NCBI GenBank assembly: GCA_017654855.1
Contig: CM030336.1
Span: forward strand, 2,976,001 to 3,040,000
Reading direction: 5' to 3'
Length of the DNA: 64,000 nucleotides
Source of the DNA: Podospora anserina
Lineage: Eukaryota
Part shown: positions 12,110 through 24,100 of the stretch, piece after piece
How positions within the stretch are numbered: position 1 is the first letter of the stretch
Layout of the letters: each line of letters starts with the position of its first letter
Position numbers and translations under genes: made by a program
Notes under the pieces: generated by a model
Databases searched by the model: none
What the model was told of the DNA's origin: nothing
The model's input: the letters and a program-made list of their open reading frames with translations, nothing else

Positions 12110-14242
12110 ATGGCTCCCCAGGCGCGAATCATGATGTCCTCCACGACAACCTTCCACCGGGCAGCTCTCTCGCCTCCCTTCTCCCTCCTCCTCCGCACTC
12201 GAACCAGAACAACCACACCATGGAACAACACCCACCGATTATCTGCCCTCTCCCCGTCCTCGCCCCTTCGAGCCGTCTTCCACACCAGCTTACCCCGACC
12301 ATGGGGCCCTCGCGGTCCACCAACACCAGAACCCACCCAGACACAGACACCCACAAAAGGAGGACCAAAGGGGGCAAAACCACAGTTTGACCCCCTCGCG
12401 GCGATAGACAAGTCAGCTCAGGAGCAGCGCAAAGCTGATTGGGCGATTATGAAGGAAATGTCGCGGTACATTTGGCCAAAGGACAGCTTCGGCGACAAGA
12501 TGAGGGTCATGATCGCGGTTGGGTTGCTGGTCGGTGCCAAGGTGCTCAACGTACAGGTGCCCTTCTTCTTCAAGGAAATCGTCGACTCTCTCAACATGGA
12601 CTTTGGGACCACTGGCGGGACTGTCACGGCTGCGGCTGGGGCTATGATTCTAGCGTACGGCGGCGCGAGGATAGGAGCTGTCGTCTCGCAAGAGTTGCGA
12701 AATGCGGTTTTCTCCTCGGTGGCTCAAAAGGCGATCAGACGGGTGGCCACCAAGACGTTTGGCCATCTGCTCAATCTGGACTTGAGTTTCCACTTGTCCA
12801 AGCAGACAGGTGGTTTGACGAGGGCGATTGATAGGGGTACCAAGGGTATCAGCTTCCTGCTGACGAGCATGGTCTTTCACATTGTGCCTACCGCGCTCGA
12901 GATCACCATGGTTTGTGGCATCCTCACTTATCAGTTCGGCTGGGAGTTTGCTGCCATCACGGCTTGCACCATGGCGACGTATACCGCTTTTACCATCTGG
13001 ACTACGGCATGGAGGACAAAGTTTAGGAGGCAGGCAAACGCGGCAGACAACCGCGCTTCGACGGTCGCGGTGGACAGTCTGATCAACTACGAGGCGGTCA
13101 AGTACTTTAACAATGAAAAGTACGAGATTGGGCGCTATGACCGGGCCCTGCAGCAGTACGAGAAGAGCAGCATCAAGGTGGCGACTTCTCTGGCGTTTCT
13201 GAACTCTGGACAAAACATCATCTTCTCTTCGGCGCTGACGATCATGATGTGGCTGGGTGCCAAGGGGATCGTGGCGGGTACGCTGTCAGTGGGTGATCTG
13301 GTGCTCATCAACCAGTTGGTGTTTCAGCTGTCGGTCCCTCTCAACTTTTTGGGGTCTGTCTACCGCGAGCTGAGGCAGTCACTTCTAGACATGGAGACTC
13401 TGTTTAATCTGCAAAAGGTCAACGTCAGCATCAAGGAGAAGGAGGGTGCCAAGGCGCTGGCTCTCCCCAAGGGCGGCGAGATCAAGTTTGAGGATGTCAA
13501 CTTTGGATACTACGAGGACCGGCCGATTCTCCGGAATTTGAGCCTCACTATCCCCGCGGGCAAGAAGGTTGCTGTGGTCGGACCGTCTGGGTGTGGCAAG
13601 TCGACGCTGCTCAGGTTGCTGTTCCGCAGCTACGACGCCCAGAGCGGGAGGATCTTGATTGACGACCAGGATATCAAGGATGTTACGCTCGAGTCTTTGA
13701 GGAAAAGCATTGGTGTCGTGCCGCAGGATACACCGCTGTTCAACGACACTGTCGAGTTGAATATTCGGTATGGGAACATGGACGCCCCGGCCGAGGACGT
13801 CTTTGCCGCGGCGCAGAGGGCGCACATTCACGACAAGATTGAGTCTTGGCCCCACGGGTACCAAACCAAGGTTGGCGAAAGGGGGTTGATGATCTCTGGT
13901 GGTGAGAAGCAGCGGTTGGCGATTTCGCGGTTGATTCTGAAGGACCCGCCGCTCTTGTTCTTTGATGAGGCGACGAGCGCGTTGGACACGCACACGGAGC
14001 AGGCGTTGATGAGCAACATTAATGAGATTTTGCGGGGCAAGGAAAGGACGAGCGTTTTTGTTGCTCACAGGTTGAGGACGATTTATGATGCTGATTTGAT
14101 TATTGTACTGAAGGAGGGAAGCTTGGTGGAGCAGGGGACGCACAAGGAGCTGCTGGAGAAGGGGGGGTTGTATAGCGAGCTGTGGAGTGCGCAGGAGAGA
14201 TGGGGGGAGGAGGAGGAGATCAACGCTGAGAAGAAAGAGTAG
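12110..14242 (+). CDS. ATM1: Mitochondrial ABC half-transporter for Fe-S biogenesis (Atm1/ABCB7)
   Basis: Presequence, TMD with [15 protein letters not shown] and [11 protein letters not shown], Walker A GPSGCGKS, signature ISGGEKQR, Walker B FFDEATS. Confidence 0.95.
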   Translation: MAPQARIMMSSTTTFHRAALSPPFSLLLRTRTRTTTPWNNTHRLSALSPSSPLRAVFHTSLPRPWGPRGPPTPEPTQTQTPTKGGPKGAKPQFDPLAAIDKSAQEQRKADWAIMKEMSRYIWPKDSFGDKMRVMIAVGLLVGAKVLNVQVPFFFKEIVDSLNMDFGTTGGTVTAAAGAMILAYGGARIGAVVSQELRNAVFSSVAQKAIRRVATKTFGHLLNLDLSFHLSKQTGGLTRAIDRGTKGISFLLTSMVFHIVPTALEITMVCGILTYQFGWEFAAITACTMATYTAFTIWTTAWRTKFRRQANAADNRASTVAVDSLINYEAVKYFNNEKYEIGRYDRALQQYEKSSIKVATSLAFLNSGQNIIFSSALTIMMWLGAKGIVAGTLSVGDLVLINQLVFQLSVPLNFLGSVYRELRQSLLDMETLFNLQKVNVSIKEKEGAKALALPKGGEIKFEDVNFGYYEDRPILRNLSLTIPAGKKVAVVGPSGCGKSTLLRLLFRSYDAQSGRILIDDQDIKDVTLESLRKSIGVVPQDTPLFNDTVELNIRYGNMDAPAEDVFAAAQRAHIHDKIESWPHGYQTKVGERGLMISGGEKQRLAISRLILKDPPLLFFDEATSALDTHTEQALMSNINEILRGKERTSVFVAHRLRTIYDADLIIVLKEGSLVEQGTHKELLEKGGLYSELWSAQERWGEEEEINAEKKE

Positions 14243-14630
14243 ATGCGTTTGGACATAGTGTATAAGGTAATTGTATGTACATCTGTACACCACCTTTTCA
14301 ACATGAAGTAGTAAAACTGATTCATACCTTTAATTTGGTGCTCATGGCCACGGCATAAACAACCTGAAAGGGCAAGCGCGAGTCGGTTCAAATCGGCCTA
14401 TCACCTCGGCCGGGAATTATGGCGAGCACGGCATGACGTCTTCCACTCGGCCACCACCACCCCGAGCCAGCACATGGCACCCCGCACTGTCAACTCCGAT
14501 GCCGCCGGATGCAAGAGCGGGAAGCCATATTTAGTCGTCCACGGTATCGGTATATGCCTACTTGATTCCCATCTACCTTAACCTCGTCTACTGGACTCCA
14601 GCCGACATCACCACCTACTAAACCTTCACC

Positions 14631-15635
14631 ATGCCCACCCGCGTCCCCCCCCAAGGTGTCTACGTCCCCTCCCCGACCTTCTTCCTCCCCCGGGACTCCT
14701 CCTCCTCCCCCGAAAGCACCCACGGCCAACTACCCGTCGACATCCCCTCCCAAACATCCCACTCCATCTTCCTCGCCCGGTCCGGCATCACAGGTCTGGT
14801 GTTGCTAGGCTCGACAGGCGAGGCGATCCACCTCTCCCGCACCGAGCGCGCCTCCCTCGTCTCGGGCGTCCGCAAAGGTCTCGACGAAGCCGGGTATCCC
14901 AACTACCCCATCATGGCCGGCGTCTTGACCAACGGCATCGACGAGACCCTCCAATGGCTCGACGACTACGCCTCCGCCGGTGCAGATTGGGGTTTGGTGC
15001 TCGTGCCGGGGTATTTCGGCGCTGCTGCTACCACGCAGGAGGGGATAGTGGAGTATTTCAGGGAGGTTGTGAAGCGGTCGAGGATACCGGTGCTGGTGTA
15101 CAACTACCCTGGGGTGACGAACGGGGTGGTGGTGCAGCCCGAGACGTACACCAAACTCGCGGGGTTGGAGAATGTGGTTGGGGTGAAGATGAGTCATGGG
15201 AACGTGTCGATTCATTTGCAGGTTGGGCTTGACCCGGGGATTGATCATGAGGGGTTTAGGGTGTATAGCGGGTTTGGGCAGCAGTTGGGGCCGGTGGTGT
15301 TGTTTGGGGGAGCCGGGGTGATTGATGGGTTGGCGGGGTTTTATCCGAGGACGGTGGTGAGGTTGATGGGGTTGGTGGAGGGGGGGGAGCTGACGGGGGA
15401 GAGGAGGAAGGAGGTTCAGAGGTTGCAGTATGTGGTTAGTAAGGCGGAGGAGTTTATTGTGAGGTATGGAATTTTTGGGATTAAAGAGGCGGTGTTTAGG
15501 GTTACAGGGTTGGGGACGCTGGAGAAGGGGAGACCGCCGCTGCTGGGGGGGCTGGCAGAGGGGGAGTGGGAGAGGGGGAGGAAGTTGTTTTTGGAGGATA
15601 TTGAGAGGGTTGAGCAGGAGTTGAAGGGGACGTGA
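14631..15635 (+). CDS. Dihydrodipicolinate synthase (DHDPS/NAL) family aldolase
   Basis: LGSTGE motif, VYNYPGVT, Schiff-base Lys in VGVKMSHG. Confidence 0.9.
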   Translation: MPTRVPPQGVYVPSPTFFLPRDSSSSPESTHGQLPVDIPSQTSHSIFLARSGITGLVLLGSTGEAIHLSRTERASLVSGVRKGLDEAGYPNYPIMAGVLTNGIDETLQWLDDYASAGADWGLVLVPGYFGAAATTQEGIVEYFREVVKRSRIPVLVYNYPGVTNGVVVQPETYTKLAGLENVVGVKMSHGNVSIHLQVGLDPGIDHEGFRVYSGFGQQLGPVVLFGGAGVIDGLAGFYPRTVVRLMGLVEGGELTGERRKEVQRLQYVVSKAEEFIVRYGIFGIKEAVFRVTGLGTLEKGRPPLLGGLAEGEWERGRKLFLEDIERVEQELKGT

Positions 15636-15926
15636 GCAAGTAATACTTTATTTGGTCAGGTACAAGTTGTGACATACTGATGGAGCGTGAAGAACCACTC
15701 CAAACATCGGGACTACATACACTTCTAAGCTGGACGGGCATGACCAAACTCATATCCGATGAAACATGTAAAGAATTCAAGGCTACTGTGAAGTGTTCGC
15801 TGCGTTCCATCAATACAAACTCTTCCCCCCTTCTGTTTTTTTTAATGAGTTTCTTCCCTTTTTTTCATTCTCCTTCTCCTTCTGCTCAGGGCGCGAGTAC
15901 CTAGCTTACACTACACCTGGCAAACA

Positions 15927-17381
15927 CTACCAAGCTTGGGGCCACAGGAGGCTCTCCACAGTATCCACCAACCCATCTACCCTCCATCTACGTTCAACCC
16001 AATCCAGCTGCCCTTGGCTAAATACTGTAGCCTTGCCCATTCCAAAGTCTGGGCCACAGTACCCATGTATTCGCGCCGAGAAGGTTGCCCCCATGAGCGT
16101 GTGTAGAGTCCACACTTCTTGATTACCTCCCATAAAGAACTCCAAGAACTCCTGCTCTCTGTTAATCGAAGCCGCAGCCTGTCTATCCAGGGATGGCGCA
16201 TTGACTACCCAGCGCCCACAGCCATCGAGCCAGCTAACATCAGTGTCAACGTCGATTACTCACAGCATAAAGATGTCCTGTGGGTCTATGGCCCCTCCCA
16301 ACACTGCACCGTCCTTCTTGCCGTTGGCCCAAAGCGCGTTGGTAATCTTCAAATCAGCGGGATTAGAATCTTGCCAGTCATCACAGACCACACAGTTCTT
16401 TTGCTTCGCCAAGTACTCGCCGACAAATAGACGATAGGCAAAGGGCCTATAGAGTCCTCGTCGGGTACCCCAGACTTTTGGACTCAAAGTCTGCCCCCAC
16501 TTCACTTCGGGTTCGCAGTCGTTCGGGTACTCGGATTGGACATCAATGTCCCCAAGAGTGAGCGAGATCGTGATCGTCTCAAGGTTAGTGTTCGACTATG
16601 GGAGCAGGCGATCGGGAAGATGGCGGCCGAAGGTGGGCGGATCCCTATACCTCCCAGTCAATGAGTATAAATCCTCTTCTCCTCCTCCTGGCTTCCCCAG
16701 TTCCGTGAAGCGGTGGAGGTGGATGTGAAGGTGTTGAATCAACCGCGGGGGGAGGCCGCATCCACCAGGCAGACGGGACGATTTTGGGACCTGTTCTTCC
16801 TCTTGTGAAAATACACTGTCAAAACTGCAAGAAAGTGTGCCGGCTCCATAAATCGTGTCATCTCCATGAATGACAGGACGACGGATCCATTCGAACACCG
16901 GTAACCTCTAGTCCTGCTCAGCGTGTACTTGGCCCACCATCTCGTAGTTCTGGCTCAACACATCTGTTTTGGGGTTGAAGTAGGCGACTGCTTCCAGTCG
17001 CCTGCCCACAAGATCGTGTCGAAAGGACAGTCGATAGTACAACTTCATCGCTCGTTCGCGGGCTCCTCTACACACATGAAAAAGAGGCTGGGGAGGGCTG
17101 ACGTTCCAACCGATTTTGGGTTCGTAGCTGTTTCCTAACCAGTCCGGCATCCTGGACAACAATTCTCTCAGGCCTTGTCGACTGGTCCATCGAAAGAAGG
17201 GATGATCGGGATGGAGGCGGGGCCTCTGGCGGTTCGGAAATTTCTTGTCCACAAGATTGACCTCGACCAAACGAGAGTTTGATTCCTAGTCAAGTAGAAA
17301 CTCATCCCATATCTTATCTTGAAGTTCAACTGGAAGCGACCTAAACCGGTGAAATATGGTCGGGGTGGTCGCGACGGCCAT
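15927..17381 (-). pseudogene. 2EXR-family protein, copy 2; a single frame interrupted by four in-frame stops
   Basis: ATG at 17381, FHRFRSLPVELQDKIW, LFHVCRGAR, YFNPKTDVL. ORFs ending at 17286, 16908, 16596, 16260 and 15927 are all in the same frame (TAG, TAG, TAG, TGA, TAG). Colinear with copy 1. Confidence 0.8.
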
Positions 17382-17829
17382 TTTGGTCTTGATGGTTGCA
17401 ATTGTCTGCTGAGTACGGATATCGCGGTCAAACTGAAAATGATGCAAATGCCAACTAGCAATGGATATTTGACTTGGTAGTGGGAAGAAAACTGGAAGAG
17501 AGCACACTCAGCACAGAGTTGCGTTTGTGTGGGCCACCCGCAGGTCGCTCCGTTGCTCCTGCAGCTCTTTGCTGTCGTTGATTCCTTCCACAATCCAGTC
17601 AGCAACGGGAGTATAAGCTCGCACTTACCCGTTTCTTTTACAGTGGGCGAAGCCACTGCCCTCCTTCTGCCACCCGATTCAATGTTCAAGCAAGTCCTTG
17701 TGTAGACTCTCTATGAGCTAATAAGGCGGGGCGACTGTTCTTCCGGCTCGGCCAATCTCAACAAGGCCTGTTGACTCATATCGACCACATTCTGGTCTTC
17801 TTTTCAAGAAACCAACCTTCACTTCCATC

Positions 17830-18506
17830 ATGCCTTCCAAAACAGCCATTCTAGTCGTTGACATCCAAAACTCCCTGGCGACAGATCCAGGCACCAAAAT
17901 ACCTCATGCGGCCCGGGTCTGTGAGGCGGGAACCAGCATTCTTCAAGTAGCTCGGCAGATTCGAGACACCCGAGTACGGGAACATAGTCTTGCTCCGGGC
18001 TTCATCACCGTATTTGTGCAGCACCAGGAGTCGCCAGAAGAGGGGCTGTTGGTCTTTGGAACAGACCCTTGGAGTTTGGTCTTCAAGCCACGACAAGGTT
18101 TGGAGAATGGGGAGGACTTTGTTGTCGCAAAATCAGTCCGTACGTCTCTTGAATTCCGCTGTCCTTGAGCCAGAGCTAAGTTCTTGCTTGTGACGTAGGC
18201 AATGCTTTTTCCAACCCGGTGCTTGAGCAGATACTCAGAGAGCACGGCGTGGAAGAGTTGGTCATCTTCGGCATCCAGAGCGAATGCTGCGTCGAGGCCA
18301 CCTGCCATGGCGCCATTGATGCTGGCTTTGCCATCACACTGCTTTCAGGGGCACACTCGACGTATCCCGAACCCGAGGCCAGACCAGAAGAGATTGAGGC
18401 ACAGGTAGAGGCCCGTGTGCGGGCAAGGGGAGCGACAGTGGTCAGGTGGGAGGATGCAGTCGAGGTATGGGAGAAGAAGGGCCAGGTCCTCGGACCATAT
18501 CAGTAG
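17830..18506 (+). CDS. Isochorismatase-family cysteine hydrolase (1 intron)
   Basis: ILVVDIQ, VAKS|RNAF and GIQSECCV give the D-K-C triad. GTACGT...TAG intron at about 18140-18199. Confidence 0.88.
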
Positions 18507-19530
18507 GGATTGAGTGATAGCTAGCCGCTCACAGACTCATCATACCTAGGTACCTCAGATACTGACTCAACAAACACCTCAGCTATGACTTCAAGATAGG
18601 GCATTGCGCTCCGACCTCTAGCTAGGCAGGCATGCCATTGCTTAGCTACCTACCTTCTTTGGAGGCATACTATCGCTATGCAGTGCCACGATCGAATGTA
18701 ACGTGGGGTGTTGCCTGTCAGTTGTGTGAGGAGAAACGACAATGGAAAGATTCTAGAACACCAACCACTGCAGTCCACCACACCCATTTCGCAAGCATGG
18801 AGAAAATGCACGCAATACTATATCCCTGGGACCTTGCAGGAGGGTCTTTGGCAAACAAAAGAGACTATCGAGCGCCCAAACGACCAGGAATGGACATTAC
18901 ACTTCGATTTCAGCGCACGCAATGCCAATCGTCTTGTCGGGAGCACTCTGGATCGGGAAGGTCCTTTGACAAGCAGACCAGCGCCCAGAACGTTGCCGAT
19001 GCGCGCGGATGGCCCGGTTCGGCAGTTGGAGAGGCGCTTGGCAGCCATCCATGTCACGCTCCCCGACCTCCCCTCACTCACCCCACGGCACGGGATGGTA
19101 GGCACACGACAGTCACACAGACAGAATGCATGAAGCCCCCCCTCAGCTCACCACCACATCGACAGCTTGACCCCAACCCGGATACTGGGGAGGGGAGCTC
19201 GACGACGTTTCATTCGATCAGCAATGTCGTGATGGACGGTTGGAAACCACCTCCCAGATCTGTACCATCTGTCCGTGCCCTTATTCTTGGACCTTGGTCC
19301 TGCAGTTCTTGGGAGGGGAGAAAGACAATGTCGTGATACCTCATTGTGCATGTGAAGATCACCGCAGTGGCCGGTACCCGGTCGATGTTATCTTCAGAGG
19401 GAGGGGGGCCAGGTATGATGAGAGGAAGACGGCGAGAATCTCAACATAAAAGAGTGTCGATCCTCACGTCGTCAGTCTGTTTTGGTTCCTCATCCTCTTC
19501 ATCGTCCGCCCCCCAGACAATTAAGCAAGG

Positions 19531-20930
19531 ATGAAGCTGTCAACCGCCATCAGCCTTTTGGCTGGTGCCGCCCCTCTGGTCTCGGCCGCCGCCGCTCCCA
19601 AGCTCGAGCGCAAGATGAACTATGATGGGTACAAGGCCTACAGCATTGCCACCCATCATAACCCGGCCGCCATCAAGGCAAAGCTCACCAAGTTTGCCGC
19701 CATCCCCTTCAACCTCGACAACGATGAGCACCTCGACATTGCCATCCCTGCCGAGGAGGTCGCTGCCTTTGAGGCCCTCGGTCTCGAGACCCAGCTCATG
19801 CACGAGGATCTCGGTGCTGATATCGCCGAGGAGGGTACCTTTGCCCCCTACACCAGTATGTTTTGCTCTTCTACTTGTCTTTTTCCTGAAAGGCTTCCAG
19901 GTTCTAACAAACAAGAAGGCGTCGGTGCCCAGGCTGTCCCCAGCTTGACCTGGTTCAACTCGTACCACGCGTACGCCGACCACATCACCTTTTTCAACGA
20001 CCTGCAGGCGTCGTTCCCCAACGCTTCCGAGATCTTCACCATCGGCAAGTCGTTCCAGGGCCGTGACATCTTTGGCATCCACATCTGGGGCTCCGGCGGC
20101 AAGGGCTCCAAGCCCGCCATCTACTTCCACGGCACCGTCCACGCCCGCGAGTGGATCAGCGCCAAGGTCGTCGAGTACATCACCTACCACCTCCTCACCC
20201 AGTACGCCACCGACGCCGCCGTCCGTGCCATCCGTGACAAGTTTGACTTTTACATCCTCCCCGTTGTCAACCCCGACGGTGTGTCCGCCCCCAACCCACC
20301 TTTTGTCTTCACAAATGACTAACAAACGCCCCAGGATTCGTCTACACCCAAACCAACGACCGCCTCTGGCGCAAGAACCGCCAAACCCGCTCCGGCCAGT
20401 CCTGCGTCGGCACCGACCAGAACCGCAACTGGAACTACCAGTGGTCCGTCACCGGCGGCGCCTCCACCTCGCCCTGCTCCGAGACCTACAAGGGCCTCGC
20501 CGCCGGCGACACCCCCGAGATCAGAGCCCTGACCGCCTTCACCACCACCCTCAAGAACAGCCGCGGCATCCGCCTCTACATCGACTGGCACTCGTACGGC
20601 CAGTACATCCTCCTGCCTTATGGGTACGACTGCTCCGCCCGCGCGTCCAACCACGCCGCCCAGAGCAGTCTCGCCTCTGGCATGGCTACTCGGATCAGAC
20701 AGAGCTACGGCACTACCTTCACCACCGGCCCCAGCTGCTCGACGCTGTACAAGACTACTGGCAGCGCGCCGGATTACATGACTGCTGTTGGTGGTGCTAC
20801 TTATGCTTGGACTATCGAGTTGAGGCCTGCGGGCAGCAGCGGTGGTGGCTTTGTTTTGCCTGCTACGCAGATTTTGCCTAGCAGTATTGAGCAGTGGGAA
20901 GGCATCAAGTATGTGCTTGCTCAGGTTTGA
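19531..20930 (+). CDS. Secreted zinc carboxypeptidase, family M14A (2 introns)
   Basis: Signal peptide, propeptide, HAREW, NPDG, WRKNR, NRNW, DWHSY and IELR motifs. Confidence 0.93.
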
Positions 20931-21129
20931 GCCCGGGGGGGTGTTGAGTGGATGACATTGGGGATGTCGGGGAGGAGAGGGAGGGAAAGGGAATGAAGAT
21001 ATGTGTATATACGATGGTACGATGTATTTATCTGACGTGCAATTTGAGTTGTGACGATCATGAACCTTGTTTTCTCGTGTATTGGCCTCAAGCTCGATAC
21101 GATTAGTGTGAACAACCCGATATTGCATG

Positions 21130-23535
21130 GTTTCGCATATCCTAGCATGTTTCATATCTTCCCAATAGTATGTCTTTTCGCCTACAGCCACAGAGTGCAG
21201 GTCGAAGCCCTGGTGGTGGAGCGCGGGCCCTTCCTCATCGGCCATGAGTCCATGCTGGAGGCCTTTCATCATCTCAGGGGTGAACGGAAGATGTGTCCCT
21301 GAAACAGCAGCACGGGTATTAGTCCCACAGTCGTGGTGTAGGCTCTCCGAGTCGATTGCGCTGATCTCCAGATCCAAAAGAAGCTCAGAAGAAAGTGTCA
21401 CCTTGGCCCGCTTGCTCGCAGCTAGCAACAGATCCTTGAAAGGGACAAAATGGGTGCCTTCAGTAACATCCCCGTTTGTGTTCTGCGGTCCGTAGATAAC
21501 GAAATGGCCGAGGGCTGATTGACCGCATTCAACCAGAACCTCCATCATCTTCAAAAACCCATCACTAATATCCCCGGCTAGGTCCGATGTGCCAATGGCA
21601 TAATACAGCACCATTGCCGTCGCCTATTGACGCAACGATGAAGAGCATTTTCAATACTGTGTCTCGGTGTACATCATCAATCGACTTTAGCAAGCTGTCG
21701 TACAAGCTGTTCAAATCTGATGGTGTTTTCAACAACAATCCTTCCAGCGCTTGAAAACTCTCACCGGTGGCTGTTGCGTCTCGTAGTTGGAGAATTATGA
21801 GGTATGCCTAAAAAAGGACTCCTTCAGCTCGGCATACCACATGGTCCGTAAGAGCCTTGTAGAAGGAGCTTGTCGCATCGAACGACGAACGCCGCTTAAA
21901 CGTATTTTGCACAACCCTCAAAATGTCCCACCGAGTGAGCTCATGGAGGTTGACCCGAAGTTCGCAAAGGACCAAGTTGAGGAAAGCCATTTCGGGGCGA
22001 GAACCGACAAGCATCTTGATATTGGCATGTTGAGACCGTGACCGAAGCTGCGCGACGAGGTCTTGATGGCTGTGGCGGTGAGCAGGGTCGTGTTTGAACT
22101 CATCCAAGCCGTCGATCATGAAGCAAAAGCAAGTGTTGCGTGGAACAGACACCTCGATGAGATTCTGAAACCCTTCTTGCAACTTGGCGGGGAATCGAAA
22201 GTAGGGCTCGTCGATGTGTGGTTCAAAGGTGGTAGTGTCAAATACTTGGCACGCTGTCGGAAAGACATCTCGAATCAAACTTGGACAGTTTGCAAGAACT
22301 GAGAACAAGATGGACCGATAGAGACCGTGCAGCGACTGTTGCATAGCATCTCCAGCTCTCCAAGCAAAGAAGTGTGAGACAACGAGGGTCCTCTCTCCGG
22401 ACCACCTTTCTAGCTCTCGGCGAGTGGTAGAATGACCAGCGATAAGTTTCATGAGTGTTGACTTTCCAGAGCCGGCTTTGAGAGAGATGTGCAGGAGGCC
22501 ATGTCCGGATGAGAGCCACCGTAAAAGCGTAGACCTTGCTTCTGCTTTCTGCTCATAGTACTCATTTTGATAGCAGTCATCCTCATCAGAGCTTTCCTCA
22601 TCAGAGCTTTCCTCGTCGACGTCCTCGTCATCAACATCCTCCCAGCCAATGTGGTCTTCAGCGACGTCCTCGCCATCGGCCCCTTCATTGCCGTTGCTGC
22701 TGTTGCTACTTGTGTATTGCCCGTCATGGTCGTCCGCTTCCAGGATCCATTCGAAAGTTCCGTACTGAGGATCACGAATAGCATCTTCCCGTGAGAACAT
22801 AGAAGAGAATTAAAGCTGCCGCAATGCCTTGGCTTCAGCGGTGGGCGGAGAAGATGACTCGAGCAGACTCTGTACCTTCTCTTCTACCCTGCGTAGTATG
22901 TCGATTGAAAGGGTTTGCTGATCACAACTGATATTGGCCTTCATCTCGTGCAATGTCTTTTTGAGATCAAGTAGTCGATCAGGAACACTGGAGAACTGTG
23001 TGGTGACAGAAGCGTCAAGTTTGCTAATCTGGGTGGAAACCAGAAGAGACCGTTCACTTTATGTTCGTTAGTAGTGAGCATTGATCCATATCTCGCAACA
23101 GGAAGCACATGCTTGACGATGAGAAGAGAGATACGTAAACCCATCAGATCGGTATTGTTCCAGAAGACCAAGCAATTTGTAAATTTCGCCTTCTTTCCTC
23201 TTGGAGCGTAACGATATTCGGAGAGCTTCGAATTTGGAGGTGACATCCCAGGGAACAAGACTTTGCAAGATGCCCTGGACTTCGTTCAGGCGCTCCGTGG
23301 ATTTGGTTGTCAAGCCTTGCAGAGCATCGACATGGTGAATAGAGGAAGCTGGAAAGGGTGTTTGCTGCACACTGTTCGTTGTTTGCTGCAGCTCATGTAT
23401 CAAGGACTGTACGTCAGAGACACCGGGCACAGTACCAGTTCGCAGCACTTTGAGCGCACCAGAAACGAGGCTGTATGAAAAATCGACGAAGGTCAAAATA
23501 GAGGCAGCAAATCCAACCGCAGCGATTGCCTCCAT
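21130..23535 (-). pseudogene. Fungal NLR/STAND gene (HeLo-like helical N-terminus + NACHT), degenerate
   Basis: N-terminus MEAIAAVGFAASILTFVDFS. LRQL*FSSMFSREDAI has a stop where Y is usual. Walker A SLKAGSGKSTLMK, Walker B FMIDGLDE. AEGVLF*AYLI has TAG at 21808-21810 where W is expected, followed by TPSDLNSLYDSLL. Frameshifts near 23145 and 22960. The 3' boundary is approximate. Confidence 0.82.
22581..22615. repeat. 15-bp duplication CCTCATCAGAGCTTT encoding the acidic insert (DEESS)2
   Basis: Exact copies at 22581-22595 and 22596-22610, upstream of the NACHT P-loop. Confidence 0.85.
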
Positions 23536-23663
23536 TGTGTCTCGAGACGGAGAGTCGAAGGTATGAAGGTTGGCCTACCGTGCAATCAGGAAGATGGGTT
23601 GGGTTGAGAGAAAATCAGCGTCCCGAAACCCCGGCACCGGACACGGTCTGATGGCTGATAGAG

Positions 23664-23723
23664 CCAATTGGACATCGCGGTTCCCAATTGGACATCGCGG
23701 TTCCCAATTGGACATCGTGGTTC
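23664..23723. repeat. 20-bp tandem repeat CCAATTGGACATCGCGGTTC x3
   Basis: Copies at 23664, 23684 and 23704 (third has one mismatch), in the divergent intergenic region between the NLR pseudogene and MutY. Confidence 0.95.
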
Positions 23724-24100
23724 TGAAGGGAGAGCAAGGCTCCTGATCAGCAACCCTCGTCGCCCATGATGCCGTGGTAGGGTCGCACAACATTTTTTTT
23801 TTTTTAAATGTGGACGAGGAGGGCAAAAGACACATGAGTGGGCTTAAGAAATACGACTTGGAAAGTTGTCCTCGGTGAGTCCTGTGTTTTCTTCGTGGGC
23901 AATAAGGTAGATAGGTATATTCACAATGAGTGTCGTCATTCGAGAACCGACTAGTCTAGTTTTGAAATCTGGCTGGCTAGACCCTCACGTGACAGCGCGT
24001 CGCGTTCCACCTCGTTTTAGGTTTTGGGCCACACCTTAAGACGCGGTCTTTGTGCAAGAACGACCACCAGCGACCGGACAAAGCAAAGTGCCCGCTAAAG

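Noticed and set aside
18632-19336. 234-aa ORF upstream of the carboxypeptidase
   Set aside because: No motifs and no coding-like composition; most likely promoter sequence.
20319-21614. 431-aa minus-strand ORF as a separate gene
   Set aside because: The first ~160 aa look like the detached C-terminal remnant of the NLR pseudogene. The rest runs through intergenic DNA and antisense into the carboxypeptidase.
23664-23723. CRISPR-like array
   Set aside because: The repeats are directly adjacent with no spacers, the context is eukaryotic and there are no cas genes.
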